This document shows positions 28,523 through 39,090 of a DNA stretch of 64,000 nucleotides, piece after piece. The notes beneath the pieces are model-generated. The model saw nothing but the letters and a program-made list of their open reading frames with translations. It had not been told where the DNA came from and searched no databases. The stretch comes from a virus. A program made the position numbers and the translations under genes. The DNA lies in the IMG/VR virus record IMGVR_UViG_3300030060_007200. The stretch is one strand, 5' to 3'. Every line of letters begins with the position of its first letter. Positions within the stretch are counted from its first letter, which is position 1.

Positions 28523-28765
28523 TCAACGTTTAGGGGATTTCGGTGAGAAACTTGGACGCTTTATGGTACGGCTATTGCTACCTCGTTTAGCCTTGTCCAT
28601 TTCCTCTTTCTCTTTTTTGTGCTGGTCGTTTAATTGTCTTAAATAAAACAATCTTAAATATACAGGCATACTGTATACATCATCGTGGCTAAACCCACCA
28701 TTAGAGAAGTACAGAAGTTGGAATATCTGCTTGTGTAGAATGGGCCTGTATTCAGACCCTAGGCC
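28523..28765 (-). CDS. Frameshift extension of tail assembly chaperone (gp51 / lambda gpT-like segment)
   Basis: 80 open codons in the +1 frame after C-TTT-TTT-T (GLGSEYRPILHKQIFQLLYFSNGGFSHDDVYSMPVYLRLFYL...); no start codon at its 5' end. Confidence 0.75.
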   Translation of the reverse strand, partial: GLGSEYRPILHKQIFQLLYFSNGGFSHDDVYSMPVYLRLFYLRQLNDQHKKEKEEMDKAKRGSNSRTIKRPSFSPKSPKR

Positions 28766-29612
28766 AAAAAAAGTCGACGGTCATAGGTATTTGTACAGAT
28801 GTTTCATGACCACATTCTTCGCATTCAAAGTATACTGTCATATCTACATCAGGTGTTACCTTTTCAAGATGATTTCTAAATGCTAATGAATCTCTAGATA
28901 TAAACTCGTTTTCAACAAATTTATTTACTGTATTTCTATCCTCTTCACCATCTACTGCAACGATTACTTGTTTAAGCCTACTAGTTAAATCATAAGAAAT
29001 TGTAGAAGAATGTGTTTTCTTTTTCATTCTTTTAATTTCTGCTTGTACTTTTTCTTCGTCTTTATGAGAAAGAATCTTAAATGTAAGTGTCTTTTTACTT
29101 AAAGGTAATACAAATTCAAACCTATTACCATTATCAACAACTTCAACATCTTTATTTTTCAGAGTTGCAAGGTCAACTACTTCTTTTTGTTTATGACCAC
29201 AAGCAGGACAAGGTATTTCAACATGATACTCAGCACCATAACCTAATACTCTTGCTGCAACCATTACTGCATTTTTATCTCCTAACAGTAAATCATCATA
29301 ATTAACTCTTTGACCTTTTCCGTTACCTACAATCAAAGAACGCAATAACATGTCAATAACTACACCTTTTTGTATAAGATTTTGAGAAGTAAGAATATCC
29401 TCTTCTTTTGCAGTCATATATTTCATTTCAATTTTACCTGTACGTAATGGATGCTCTTCTGGATATAATAATCCTTTACTTGGTAAATCTATGATTTCTG
29501 TTGGAAATTTAGAATCAGAAACTCTTTTTATTTCTGTTTCTTGAATTAGCTGTTCTTTTAATTGGTCTGTTGATAATCCTTTTCCAGGATAGTCGTCCGT
29601 AACTTTTGCCAT
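28752..29612 (-). CDS. Tail/baseplate-hub assembly chaperone (T4 gp26-like)
   Basis: LPSKG, MTAKEEDIL, two CxxC motifs, ends VDFFWP; between tube and tape measure. Confidence 0.85.
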   Translation of the reverse strand: MAKVTDDYPGKGLSTDQLKEQLIQETEIKRVSDSKFPTEIIDLPSKGLLYPEEHPLRTGKIEMKYMTAKEEDILTSQNLIQKGVVIDMLLRSLIVGNGKGQRVNYDDLLLGDKNAVMVAARVLGYGAEYHVEIPCPACGHKQKEVVDLATLKNKDVEVVDNGNRFEFVLPLSKKTLTFKILSHKDEEKVQAEIKRMKKKTHSSTISYDLTSRLKQVIVAVDGEEDRNTVNKFVENEFISRDSLAFRNHLEKVTPDVDMTVYFECEECGHETSVQIPMTVDFFWPRV

Positions 29613-29676
29613 TGTATAACTCCTTATTGTTTTTTATAACTAGTATATATAAATATATATCAACTAAAAAGTTTGC

Positions 29677-29704
29677 AAAAAAATAGCCTGAATTAACAGG
29701 CTAC
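29677..29704 (-). terminator. Intrinsic terminator after tail tube gene
   Basis: GUAGCCUG-UUAAUU-CAGGCUAU-UUUUUU. Confidence 0.85.
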
Positions 29705-29727
29705 TTAATTTTATATAGAATATGATA

Positions 29728-30219
29728 TTAGTATTGTAATATCCAATAGTCACATCTGATTGTTAGTGTAATGATTGCAGGAGCTCCATCATTTTCCCAA
29801 GAGATTTCACCAAAATCTGCATCTACAAGAAAACCACCTTTACCAGTCCATTCTTCTACTTTATCACCTACAGGTCCAAGTACATTGATTGTTACGTCTT
29901 TCTTGTAAAAATCAGCGTATCCATTTCTACCTGTTACAGATTCGTGATGTAGTCTTACCCATTCCATAACGGCCTGAGCACCTGATGGTACAATTGGGTC
30001 ATATAGTTCTACAGTTATCGCATCCCAAGCACTTCTACCTTTAATATATCTAGAATTATTGATATGCTTGATTTCTGTCTCATTGTTAACAATTTTTGGT
30101 CTTGCTGCTTTACGAATTAAGTATGAAGGTATACCATCAACATAGAATACAAATCTATTTGTTACCTTTGGCTCGAATGCCGTGAACATTAATTCTGTTG
30201 GGTCTATTAAGTTTGCCAT
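29728..30219 (-). CDS. Tail tube protein (gp19-like)
   Basis: FEPKVTNRF, W...LYDPI, VMEW, YKKD, LTIRCDYW. Confidence 0.92.
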   Translation of the reverse strand: MANLIDPTELMFTAFEPKVTNRFVFYVDGIPSYLIRKAARPKIVNNETEIKHINNSRYIKGRSAWDAITVELYDPIVPSGAQAVMEWVRLHHESVTGRNGYADFYKKDVTINVLGPVGDKVEEWTGKGGFLVDADFGEISWENDGAPAIITLTIRCDYWILQY

Positions 30220-30250
30220 TTGTTTTATCTCCTATTTAATATAAATATCC

Positions 30251-32548
30251 TTAATCGTTAAATGTTGCACCTGTTGGCATGATATTAAAGTCAACTACTA
30301 TAAACTCTGCAGCTTTAGCCGGTTGGATAAATATATCACCTTTCATGATGTTTCTATCTATGATATCTGGTGTGTTGTTTGTTTCGTCCATTACAACCTT
30401 GAAAGCATATAGACCTTGTCTTTGTTGAACTGATTCCATATAAGGATTAACTTGTGATAAGAATCTGTTTCTAGTTGTAGTCGTATTGTTTTCAAACAGT
30501 AAGAATTTAGATACTGATGCAATAAACTTCTTAAGGTTAATCAATAATCTTCGTACGTTTACACGGTCAAGAGCAGAAGCTTTCTTTTGTAAAGTTTTCT
30601 GTCCCCATACACAAACACCTTCACCAGGGAATGTTGCAACTGGGTTAACGTTTCCTTCATATAACACATCTCTGTTAGCGTGTGTTAATTTTCTTGCAGC
30701 CTGTACTACTGTTTCCTGTCCACCTCTATTAAGACCAGCAGGAGCAAACCATTCTGCAGATACCTTATCGTTAAATGCATATATACTTGGCATGATTACC
30801 GATTGTGGTACCCAAATGTATTTACCTGTAGAAGGGTCAGCAATTTGTACCCACGGCCAATACATTGCTGCATATGATGAGTCAAAGTTTTCTGCCTGTT
30901 GTACTACCGATGCGATGTTTGTTGTTTGATAGTCTACTGGGTCAATGATTGTCATCACATCACCACGTTCTTCACATACAGTAACCATCTTATTAGTTAA
31001 TGCTGCAGACATTTGATATGTAAGTCCTGGAGCAATAAGTAGGTTAATATCAAATTCATCTTGATTAGATAATAGATTGAATGCACAGTTATATGCAATA
31101 TATCCAGTATCTGTAGAAGATGCTATATCTAACCCCTGGAAATTACCAGCAGTAGAAGCTTCGTAATAGTTAGCAGCACCTGCAGTAGATGAACCTAATG
31201 GTGAGTCAACAATAAAGTTTGTACCATCAGAACCACCAAAGAATGAACCTGAACTATCATTTATAGGTAGCGAAGCTGTTAGATTTGTATCTCTAATATC
31301 TCCATTTTCTGTTAAATAATCTACAGTATTTGCAATAGTTGATTCATCGATGTATACAAATTGTGAACGGTTCTTAAAGTTTCCTGAAGGTTGTATATAT
31401 GGTGAAGCAGTTGTTGAATCTCCAATAGTTGGTCTTTGTGTACCAATTACTGCACCAATATAATTTCTTTCGTTAGGGTCAAGTGAACAATTATTCCAAG
31501 TTTCAAGTATTACCTTTCTCTTTTTAGAATCATCACCTCTACGGATAGCTAAAGTAAATGTACCTTTCTTTTCACTAACATTAGATACTTCCCATCTTAA
31601 ATTATTTCTTGTACCAAATTTAGTTCCAACACCAGATAAAGATGTAGAAACAAATACATCATTTGAAGCAACCTTAAGGTTAGTTAATGATGAACCAGGT
31701 AAGCTATTCATTAGTTTACCATCTGTATGTGCTTTTACTTGGAATGATACTCTTGGTGCAGCGTATGTTGAACCAGATTGCATTACTCCACTTACAGCAG
31801 CCAATTCGCTTACTGCAACAATGTTTCCTGATGATGCAGAAGTATTAGAAACTGTACCTAAAGATGAACCAGATGTTAACGATGCTTGAGAACTATCAAA
31901 TACAATAGATGATGTAAATTCTACAATTCTTAAACCAGCAGTGCTAGATTGAGAGTTAAATGTATCGCCTGTAATTGCATTAGCCTTTGCAACAAAATTT
32001 GCAACTGTTGCACCACCAATATGTCCAGCAGAACCAAAATCAAAGTAATATTTACCTGTTGAACCATTACCTGTAACAATTGTTGTATTATCTGCAGGTA
32101 CTGGAGTATCAACACCAACAAATAAATATTTTTCACCTAGAGATGATGTATATTGGAATAAGGTATGGCCATCAGCTAAAGAGCCTGTTAAAGCTAACGA
32201 AGCAGATGGTCTGTTACCAGCAACCACAGTTCTATCTATATGTGTATGTGAGTTTGCATTTCCAGCATCAGTAGGCATAATTCTTACGATAGTAGCAGGG
32301 CCACCATGTTTCAAATATTCTTTTGCTGTAATTGATGTTAAGTATTGATAGTAATTACTACCGGACTTGAATGAATCTCCATAAAGAGCTTGATACTCTG
32401 AATATGAAAATACCTGCGTAGGTATCAATGCCGGTCCTTTTACGGTTGGTCCTACGATTGCAGCACCGATTTGAGCGACGCCTTGCTGTACAAATGATAA
32501 ATCATTTTCTCTTGTAAATACACCAGGGCTAATTATTTTTTCAGCCAT
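30251..32548 (-). CDS. Contractile tail sheath protein (gp18-like)
   Basis: SPGVFTREND, YAAMYWPW, WFAPAGLNRG, WGQKTLQ, DRVNVRRL. Confidence 0.97.
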   Translation of the reverse strand: MAEKIISPGVFTRENDLSFVQQGVAQIGAAIVGPTVKGPALIPTQVFSYSEYQALYGDSFKSGSNYYQYLTSITAKEYLKHGGPATIVRIMPTDAGNANSHTHIDRTVVAGNRPSASLALTGSLADGHTLFQYTSSLGEKYLFVGVDTPVPADNTTIVTGNGSTGKYYFDFGSAGHIGGATVANFVAKANAITGDTFNSQSSTAGLRIVEFTSSIVFDSSQASLTSGSSLGTVSNTSASSGNIVAVSELAAVSGVMQSGSTYAAPRVSFQVKAHTDGKLMNSLPGSSLTNLKVASNDVFVSTSLSGVGTKFGTRNNLRWEVSNVSEKKGTFTLAIRRGDDSKKRKVILETWNNCSLDPNERNYIGAVIGTQRPTIGDSTTASPYIQPSGNFKNRSQFVYIDESTIANTVDYLTENGDIRDTNLTASLPINDSSGSFFGGSDGTNFIVDSPLGSSTAGAANYYEASTAGNFQGLDIASSTDTGYIAYNCAFNLLSNQDEFDINLLIAPGLTYQMSAALTNKMVTVCEERGDVMTIIDPVDYQTTNIASVVQQAENFDSSYAAMYWPWVQIADPSTGKYIWVPQSVIMPSIYAFNDKVSAEWFAPAGLNRGGQETVVQAARKLTHANRDVLYEGNVNPVATFPGEGVCVWGQKTLQKKASALDRVNVRRLLINLKKFIASVSKFLLFENNTTTTRNRFLSQVNPYMESVQQRQGLYAFKVVMDETNNTPDIIDRNIMKGDIFIQPAKAAEFIVVDFNIMPTGATFND

Positions 32549-32635
32549 TTATTTATCTCCTATCTTGTATAAGAATTAACCTTCTTAGGTCATGTTATTT
32601 CTAATATAAATATAATGATTAAATCTCAAAATATA

Positions 32636-32899
32636 TTATTTCTCAGGCATAAATACACCTGTTTCAAGATTTAATTGGCCTACACCATATTTATCTGAAA
32701 GTTCTTTGACGAAAGCTTTTTCTTCTTTTCTAATTTTGTCGTATTCTTTTTTTATTGTATTTTCGGTTTCTTCGATAACCAATTTATCCATAGCAAGTTG
32801 ACCATAACTTACTGTAACAGTATTAAACCGTTGTCTAAAATCGTCTACCTTTTTCATTTCTTCTTCTGTAAACTTTGTGCCTTCTTTAATTTCAGCCAT
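32636..32899 (-). CDS. Small coiled-coil protein
   Basis: SD TAGGAG; KYGVGQLNLETGVF C-terminus. Confidence 0.8.
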   Translation of the reverse strand: MAEIKEGTKFTEEEMKKVDDFRQRFNTVTVSYGQLAMDKLVIEETENTIKKEYDKIRKEEKAFVKELSDKYGVGQLNLETGVFMPEK

Positions 32900-32920
32900 T
32901 TTTATTCTCCTATAACTTTA

Positions 32921-33766
32921 TTATGAATCCTTATATTTTTTGAACTGGGATTCGTCAGTTTCTTGATTATTTTGTATATCGTCCATTGTCTGAACTGTTT
33001 CATTACTAACAATTATTTTTACCTTTCCATAATCTTTAGGATTATAGTTAGACATTGCTTTTTGTATACTATCAGGTATAATAAATCCATTCATACTTAA
33101 TGTAAATGTTGATTTAGATATCCTATCCTCTCCTTGATTTGCAACAGATTCGATGTCAAAACTGTCAATTTTAGAAAGAAACTTAAAGGTATTATCCTGT
33201 CCCCAATATTGGTCTGCAGCATAATTTACATCTTCTATTATCTTATTTAGCTGTTCTAGATATTCTGTAAATATAACGCAGTCGTATGATAATTTTACAT
33301 AATCAGGTATTACAACATTGTGAAATTGTGTTTGAGGTTTTCTACCTGTCAATATATCAAATCTATCATATCTATTTCTTTGTGTATATTTTTTCTGAAA
33401 ACCATAGTATAATGGATTTTTTGTATCTACTTTACTTCCTAGGTCTCTACGTCTTTCGACGCTAGTTCTTTTATATACTATTGCAGGAAATTGTATTTTA
33501 CCTTTACTATCTCTATATATTCCTGTTTTCTGTATCGACTTCCATCTTTCTGGTGAGCCATAAACAACAGGTACATTTATACGACTACCATCTTCCATAA
33601 TACCTGGTTGTATCACATTATCGAAATAGTATTTTATTACAGAATCAACATCATATAAATTAACAGATAAATCTTTTATATTGTCGTCTCGTCTAATTTG
33701 ATTAGACCTATCTACGCTTTTATTCAATCTATTTGGATTAGCCATATAATCCTCCTCTCTGCTCAT
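32921..33766 (-). CDS. Tail terminator / sheath stabiliser (gp15-like)
   Basis: VPVVYGSPERW, FPAIVYKR, QLNKIIE; synteny after neck genes. Confidence 0.75.
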   Translation of the reverse strand: MSREEDYMANPNRLNKSVDRSNQIRRDDNIKDLSVNLYDVDSVIKYYFDNVIQPGIMEDGSRINVPVVYGSPERWKSIQKTGIYRDSKGKIQFPAIVYKRTSVERRRDLGSKVDTKNPLYYGFQKKYTQRNRYDRFDILTGRKPQTQFHNVVIPDYVKLSYDCVIFTEYLEQLNKIIEDVNYAADQYWGQDNTFKFLSKIDSFDIESVANQGEDRISKSTFTLSMNGFIIPDSIQKAMSNYNPKDYGKVKIIVSNETVQTMDDIQNNQETDESQFKKYKDS

Positions 33767-34340
33767 CTATTTTTGTACCTGATATATATTCATCGTATCC
33801 TGCTCTTACTTTTTCAAGTGTTGCAATTTTACTTCTTCTCATTTCGTGTGTTTCAACAATTACAGACCACGAAGAACCGTGTGTTCCACTATTAGAATCT
33901 GTAGCAGGATTTTTACCAAACAAATATTGTCCAGATGATACGGTATCTATCTCGTGATAGTTGTTATCCCAATGTATAACATCACCTATCTCTAAAAATA
34001 TATCTGCTTCTTGGTGATTTAGATTTGGATTTGTTGTATTACCAGTACCTGAATTTTCTAAATCAGCTAAATCATCTCGTAAAAATGAAAACTTAACCTG
34101 TCTTGTAAAATCAGCACCAAGTTCTTCTGATGTATATTCTTTACCTTCCTTGTCTATAAGACCTGCAACTCTTACTCCAGGTTTGAAAACCTTATTAAGA
34201 GCCTCGCCATATAGATTCTCTTTACTGTCAAAAATAGAGTACTTGTATATATCACATCGAGTGTCAATGATTTCATTTAACAGCTCTCTGTTTAGATGCC
34301 TGAATAGACTTATATCTCTACTTCCTCCAAATAGTGCCAT
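33738..34340 (-). CDS. Neck / head-closure protein (gp14-like)
   Basis: NLYGEA, FLRDDL, IGDVIHW...YHEI; synteny. Confidence 0.7.
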   Translation of the reverse strand: MALFGGSRDISLFRHLNRELLNEIIDTRCDIYKYSIFDSKENLYGEALNKVFKPGVRVAGLIDKEGKEYTSEELGADFTRQVKFSFLRDDLADLENSGTGNTTNPNLNHQEADIFLEIGDVIHWDNNYHEIDTVSSGQYLFGKNPATDSNSGTHGSSWSVIVETHEMRRSKIATLEKVRAGYDEYISGTKIDEQRGGLYG

Positions 34341-34341
34341 G

Positions 34342-35484
34342 TTATCCTATGTATATATTAAGTGGTACACCATTTAGCATACCTTGTTGAAATTCATTTA
34401 TTTCCTGTTCACGCTCCATCATGTTTCTTCTTGACGTTGCCTCTAGGTCTTCTCTCAATGCAGCTATTAAAGCTTCTGCCTCTGCAATACCTTCTGCTCT
34501 CATAGTATCACCATCTAATGTTGTTTCAGAACCAGGAATTGGTATAGAAGAATATTTACTTCTTACAGAACCAAGTACTTGTTTTACCAATGCCAATGTA
34601 TATTTTCTTATCCATTGTACACCTGGGTCGTTAATCATTGAGTATGCATGAGTGTCATATCCTATATCTGAATAATCTGATACTGACGATGTGTATGATG
34701 ATGTTACAAGTGTATTTCTGTCAGCAGTATTTATATATTGTATATAAAATTTATATCCAGATTGAGGTCTTGGAAATACCTTTATTTTATTATTTATCAA
34801 TTCAAATGTATAATGAGATTTTCTAACAGTGTCGTTAAACTCTGTATGTTGTATTTTTAACATATCATCATATATTGGTAGTGCTAGGTATTGTATACCA
34901 CCTAATGTACTTCCCCAACCAAATGAATTCATTGCATAGTCAGAACCAAATTGTGGGTCATAATGTCTAGTCTCTGCAGGTGTATTATGATGGAAAACTC
35001 TTTTAACTTCTATGTCTGCAGTTTCTACAGTACCTGCTGAACTTGTTAAAACTAGGTCTAGGTCATATTCTTGTACACTAGCAGTTGTAACAAAGTGTCC
35101 TGTTTCCCAATCTACAGTACCACCTGAGCCTGCTTCTGTACCATATTGTTTAGACAGACCTATAATTCTACCTAGACTAGGGTTAATAAGTTTATGTGTA
35201 TATGATACAGTTGATGTACCTTGAGCAGTTAATAAGTTATTTCTAATATTCCATCTATTTACCTGAGCACTATATTCACTTACAGCTTCTTCATAACAAG
35301 CAAAAAATTGCTCGTCTTGTAATTCTATATCTGTTATAGGATAACCTAATCTTCTAGCGCACCAGTCTGCAGTGTTTGCTGATGCTGTTACATAAGTTGT
35401 ATCATTGTCGTACAATCCAAAAGGTGTACTTCCACTTACAGCAGTAATGTCTGCTGAACCATCATATATTGCAATATTTGCCAT
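34342..35484 (-). CDS. Neck / head-tail adaptor (gp13-like)
   Basis: RRLGYPITDIEL, WIRKYTLAL, RSKY...LDG, C-terminal PLNIYIG. Confidence 0.85.
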   Translation of the reverse strand: MANIAIYDGSADITAVSGSTPFGLYDNDTTYVTASANTADWCARRLGYPITDIELQDEQFFACYEEAVSEYSAQVNRWNIRNNLLTAQGTSTVSYTHKLINPSLGRIIGLSKQYGTEAGSGGTVDWETGHFVTTASVQEYDLDLVLTSSAGTVETADIEVKRVFHHNTPAETRHYDPQFGSDYAMNSFGWGSTLGGIQYLALPIYDDMLKIQHTEFNDTVRKSHYTFELINNKIKVFPRPQSGYKFYIQYINTADRNTLVTSSYTSSVSDYSDIGYDTHAYSMINDPGVQWIRKYTLALVKQVLGSVRSKYSSIPIPGSETTLDGDTMRAEGIAEAEALIAALREDLEATSRRNMMEREQEINEFQQGMLNGVPLNIYIG

Positions 35485-35536
35485 TTAAGATTCCCTATTC
35501 TACTTTTATATAAATATCAAGAAGTAAGCTCTTTAA

Positions 35537-36199
35537 TTACATACCCATTAACATTTCAAACACCTCGTCTATTGCTGGATGTCTATGATTATCTAATAAT
35601 ATTCTTTTATATACATATTTAGAATCTGCAACTTTTGCTATATCATGTATTGCAGAATAATTTTTATCTTTCAAATCTATTTGTTGATTATCTCCACAAA
35701 ATATCATTGTCGAACCTTTTCCTAATCTTCCTAATGCCATTCGTAATTGAGACCTAGTTAAATTCTGAAACTCATCTACAATCACAACAGAGTTTTCAAA
35801 TGTTCTACCTCTAAAATGTGCAAGTGAAACAAGTTCTATATCTTCATTGTTTTCCATCTTTTCTAATATAGCAGGTTTATTATATACCTTTCTCATATTA
35901 GAACGAATAGGTACCAACCAAGGTTCCATCTTTTCTTTTTCACTACCAGGTAAAAAACCATTATCTTCTGTAGATACTGTAGGTCTTGTAATAATTATTT
36001 TGTTTATCATTCTTTTGAAAAACATATCTAAAGCAACCTGGCATGCCAACAATGTTTTACCACTACCTGCCTTTCCTACTATAAAATTATAAGGATGATG
36101 TAGTACAGCTTGTTTTGCGGATTTCTGCTCTTCTGATAGTGTTATTGAAAATTTAACATTTCCTTTCGGCGGTGTTTTTTCTATATTCTGCTTTGCCAT
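35537..36199 (-). CDS. phoH: PhoH-like ATPase
   Basis: GKAGSGKT, GFLPG, RGRTF, DEFQN, GDNQQID. Confidence 0.95.
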   Translation of the reverse strand: MAKQNIEKTPPKGNVKFSITLSEEQKSAKQAVLHHPYNFIVGKAGSGKTLLACQVALDMFFKRMINKIIITRPTVSTEDNGFLPGSEKEKMEPWLVPIRSNMRKVYNKPAILEKMENNEDIELVSLAHFRGRTFENSVVIVDEFQNLTRSQLRMALGRLGKGSTMIFCGDNQQIDLKDKNYSAIHDIAKVADSKYVYKRILLDNHRHPAIDEVFEMLMGM

Positions 36200-36239
36200 A
36201 ATCGAACCTCCATTGTATTTACTATAAATATGCAGACAT

Positions 36240-36268
36240 AAAAAAAGTCCCTCCGAAGAGGGACCTTT
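36240..36268 (-). terminator. Intrinsic terminator after major capsid gene
   Basis: GGUCCCUC-UUCG-GAGGGACU-UUUUUU. Confidence 0.92.
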
Positions 36269-36298
36269 AATAATATAATTCTAATTCTTACTAAGTTA

Positions 36299-37951
36299 TT
36301 AGCTAGAGAAAGAACCAGATATTGAACCAAAGTTTGATACCCAAGCAGCATCGTTGACAATAACTTTACCGTAGAAGTCGTTACGAACAACTTTCTTCGC
36401 GTATCTTGTCATCACACCTTTTCTTGGAGTAAAGTTTGTTGGGTCATATACTAGTGGAGTCATGATTAACGGAATGTATGGAGCAAATACAGCACCAGTT
36501 TCAAGGAATTGAGTTCCTCTAAATCCAGTTAATACAGTTTCACCTGTCCAGTATGGGTTTTTGTAAATTGTAAATCTGTTCGAAAGTGAACCGATTGCAG
36601 TTACACCCATTGCGAATTGTCCTGCAGTACCATCAGTATTTGCAGAATATCCAGCGATAGACTCAAAGTATGTAGCGATTTGTGGTGAACAAACAACAAA
36701 GTTAGCACCGCCACGCATAGTTGACTGGTGAATTGTGTTTGACATTACTTGTAAAGTAACACCTAATCTAGCAAATGCGTCACCGTAAGTTTCTCCAGCA
36801 GCTGGGTCAGCAGCGTTGAATGTTGCAGAGAATGCAGCAGCGTTGTTAAGCATTGCAAGAATTTCCATATCGATTTCCATTGAAATGTATTCAGATAGCA
36901 TAGACGTTAATTCTGCTTCAGCATCAATTGAATGATAAGCATTTAAGTCTTGTGCAAATTCTGGTGACCATTTAACTTTTAATTTTCTAGTCTTAGCAAC
37001 TAAAGCCTCTTGAGTTAATTGAACATCGATTTCAGGAATTTCTAAATCGCCTGAAGTAGCAGTGATTTCTGGTTGTACAGTATCTTCACCTGGCGTAGCT
37101 CTTTTTAATGCATCAGTAGTATTCGTGTAGTAGAATAAAGTACCACCAGTACCTGGAAGAACCATGTTACCACCTGGAGCAACTGCAGAATTACCAACTC
37201 CCTTAAATGTAACAGTAGTAGTACCGTTATAAGCAGAAGCAGTAAATAAACAGTCAGCTTGAGCAGTAGTAAGACCTTCAGTACCATTTGTAAAGTCTGT
37301 TACTGTAGAAGTAGTCGAACCAGAAATTACATAGAATGAAGATGCTAAATCATAGTCTACGTCAGTTGGAGGAGTTCCAAATGAAAGAGTACCTGCAAGG
37401 TTTAATGCACCTGATGATAAATCAGAAGATGCAGAAACTGCAATTTTGTTTTTCATTATAGAATATCCAGCATTAACACCACCCATGTTAGTGTCCCAGT
37501 TACCGTATAAACCGTTGTTAATATTTGGCGCATCTTTGCCAGAACCACCATATAAAGAATCACCAGTTTCGTGACGTCCTTTTGAATGGTCAGCACCTGA
37601 GCCGCCGTATTTGAAGTCTAACCAGAAAACTAAACCTGAAGGCAAGTTCATTGGTTGTACGCTGACAAATTCCTTTGCAGAAATTTCAGCAAAGATTCTT
37701 CTAACTAATGGAAGAGCCACACCATTCCAGTTTTCTCTATTAGTACCAGTATCGATACTGTTAGCTTCTGAAATAAGTTGCTTAGCTTGGTTTTCTAAAA
37801 GAATCGCAGTGTTGTGCTTGTTGTACTCCTCAGAGATTCCTTCTAAAAGACCAGTCTTTTCCCATTTAGTTACAAGACCTCTAGTTTCGTTTCTCTGTGC
37901 TCTGAATTGAGCTTGAGAATCTTGTAATAAATCGTTGATTTGTGTTGACAT
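36299..37951 (-). CDS. Major capsid protein (gp23-like)
   Basis: LLENQ, PLVRR, VQPMNLPSG, AKTRKLK, QDLNAYH, APYIPL, PRKGVMTRY. Confidence 0.97.
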   Translation of the reverse strand: MSTQINDLLQDSQAQFRAQRNETRGLVTKWEKTGLLEGISEEYNKHNTAILLENQAKQLISEANSIDTGTNRENWNGVALPLVRRIFAEISAKEFVSVQPMNLPSGLVFWLDFKYGGSGADHSKGRHETGDSLYGGSGKDAPNINNGLYGNWDTNMGGVNAGYSIMKNKIAVSASSDLSSGALNLAGTLSFGTPPTDVDYDLASSFYVISGSTTSTVTDFTNGTEGLTTAQADCLFTASAYNGTTTVTFKGVGNSAVAPGGNMVLPGTGGTLFYYTNTTDALKRATPGEDTVQPEITATSGDLEIPEIDVQLTQEALVAKTRKLKVKWSPEFAQDLNAYHSIDAEAELTSMLSEYISMEIDMEILAMLNNAAAFSATFNAADPAAGETYGDAFARLGVTLQVMSNTIHQSTMRGGANFVVCSPQIATYFESIAGYSANTDGTAGQFAMGVTAIGSLSNRFTIYKNPYWTGETVLTGFRGTQFLETGAVFAPYIPLIMTPLVYDPTNFTPRKGVMTRYAKKVVRNDFYGKVIVNDAAWVSNFGSISGSFSS

Positions 37952-37985
37952 TTTTAAGTCTCCTTATTATTTTGTCGTTAAAAAA

Positions 37986-38969
37986 TTATTTTAATCCTGC
38001 CAACCTTTGCATTCTTGACGCGAAGGTGTTTGATTCAACAATAACATCTTTCGATGGTTTTGTAGAACCGATAGTTTTTGATGCGAAGCTTTCGTTAACT
38101 CTTTTCTTTGGAGTATAATTCGTGATTGATTCAGCCAAAGTAGTGTATACTAATTTAACCTCTCTTACAGAATTTGCTCTATCGAAAGTTTCGATAACTT
38201 TCATCTTTTGTGATTCAGACAATGAATTGCTTCTGAATAATTTGTTAGAGTAAAGTAGTTTTGAATTTAACAAATTAACCTCATTGATTTTACCTTTTAA
38301 GTACTTGATTACTTTATAAGCTTCTTCCAATTCAGTTTCTGTTTTTTCATCTTCAGTCTCTTCAACTTCAGTTTCTTCCATTTCGTCTTCTTCTCTTAAT
38401 GCGTTAATTATCTCGTCCAAATCCATTTCGTCCACATCATCTTCTTCGTCCAAAGGTTCTGCATCGTTTTCACCACCGTCTACTGGCTTCTCATTAGCAC
38501 CAGGGTCCTCAGCTCCATCTTTAGAGTTGATATCACCTGTTTCTTGAGAGTCAGCACCTAGGTCAGCGTCAACCTCTGCTTCTTCTTCTTCCAATTCTTT
38601 AATGATTTCTTCCAATTCAGCGTCTGTCTCGTCCATGTCCATTTCATCAGTAGTTTCTTCAACTTCTGTTTCATCGTATGTTTCTTCCATGTCCATTTCT
38701 GTTTTCTCATCTTCAGTTTCTTCAACTTCAGTTTCTTCCACGTCAGTTTCTTCTACCTCAGTTTCATCAGTGGCCATAGCCATTTCTGTTGCTTCAGCAT
38801 CAGTTTCTTCCATGTCGTCTTCATCCATTTCTTCTGCGATTTTGTTAGACAGCATTGATTGTAATTTTGGAGTGAATGCTTCTTCTAGAGCTAATTTAGC
38901 ATTTGCAATTGCAGTTGAACGAACCGCCTTTGCGTCAGCAATAGCCTCTTTTAATAAGTCTTTTGACAT
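37986..38969 (-). CDS. Prohead scaffolding protein
   Basis: Very acidic EETEV repeats; directly upstream of MCP; ends RMQRLAGL. Confidence 0.85.
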   Translation of the reverse strand: MSKDLLKEAIADAKAVRSTAIANAKLALEEAFTPKLQSMLSNKIAEEMDEDDMEETDAEATEMAMATDETEVEETDVEETEVEETEDEKTEMDMEETYDETEVEETTDEMDMDETDAELEEIIKELEEEEAEVDADLGADSQETGDINSKDGAEDPGANEKPVDGGENDAEPLDEEDDVDEMDLDEIINALREEDEMEETEVEETEDEKTETELEEAYKVIKYLKGKINEVNLLNSKLLYSNKLFRSNSLSESQKMKVIETFDRANSVREVKLVYTTLAESITNYTPKKRVNESFASKTIGSTKPSKDVIVESNTFASRMQRLAGLK

Positions 38970-39001
38970 TATTTTTCTCCTTTAATAAATTGTTCTGGAA
39001 A

Positions 39002-39078
39002 TAAGGCTATTAGGAGCCTTAATAGGTATTATATACTATATGCTGTATTATATTGAAAATAATACTTTTTGTGCATAT
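39002..39078 (-). promoter_or_regulatory. Structured 5' leader of the scaffold-capsid operon
   Basis: AUAUGC..GUAUUAU/AUAAUAC..GCAUAU hairpin, then UAAGGCU/AGCCUUA hairpin, downstream of late promoter 39091. Confidence 0.5.
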
Positions 39079-39090
39079 CTAATTTTCTTA

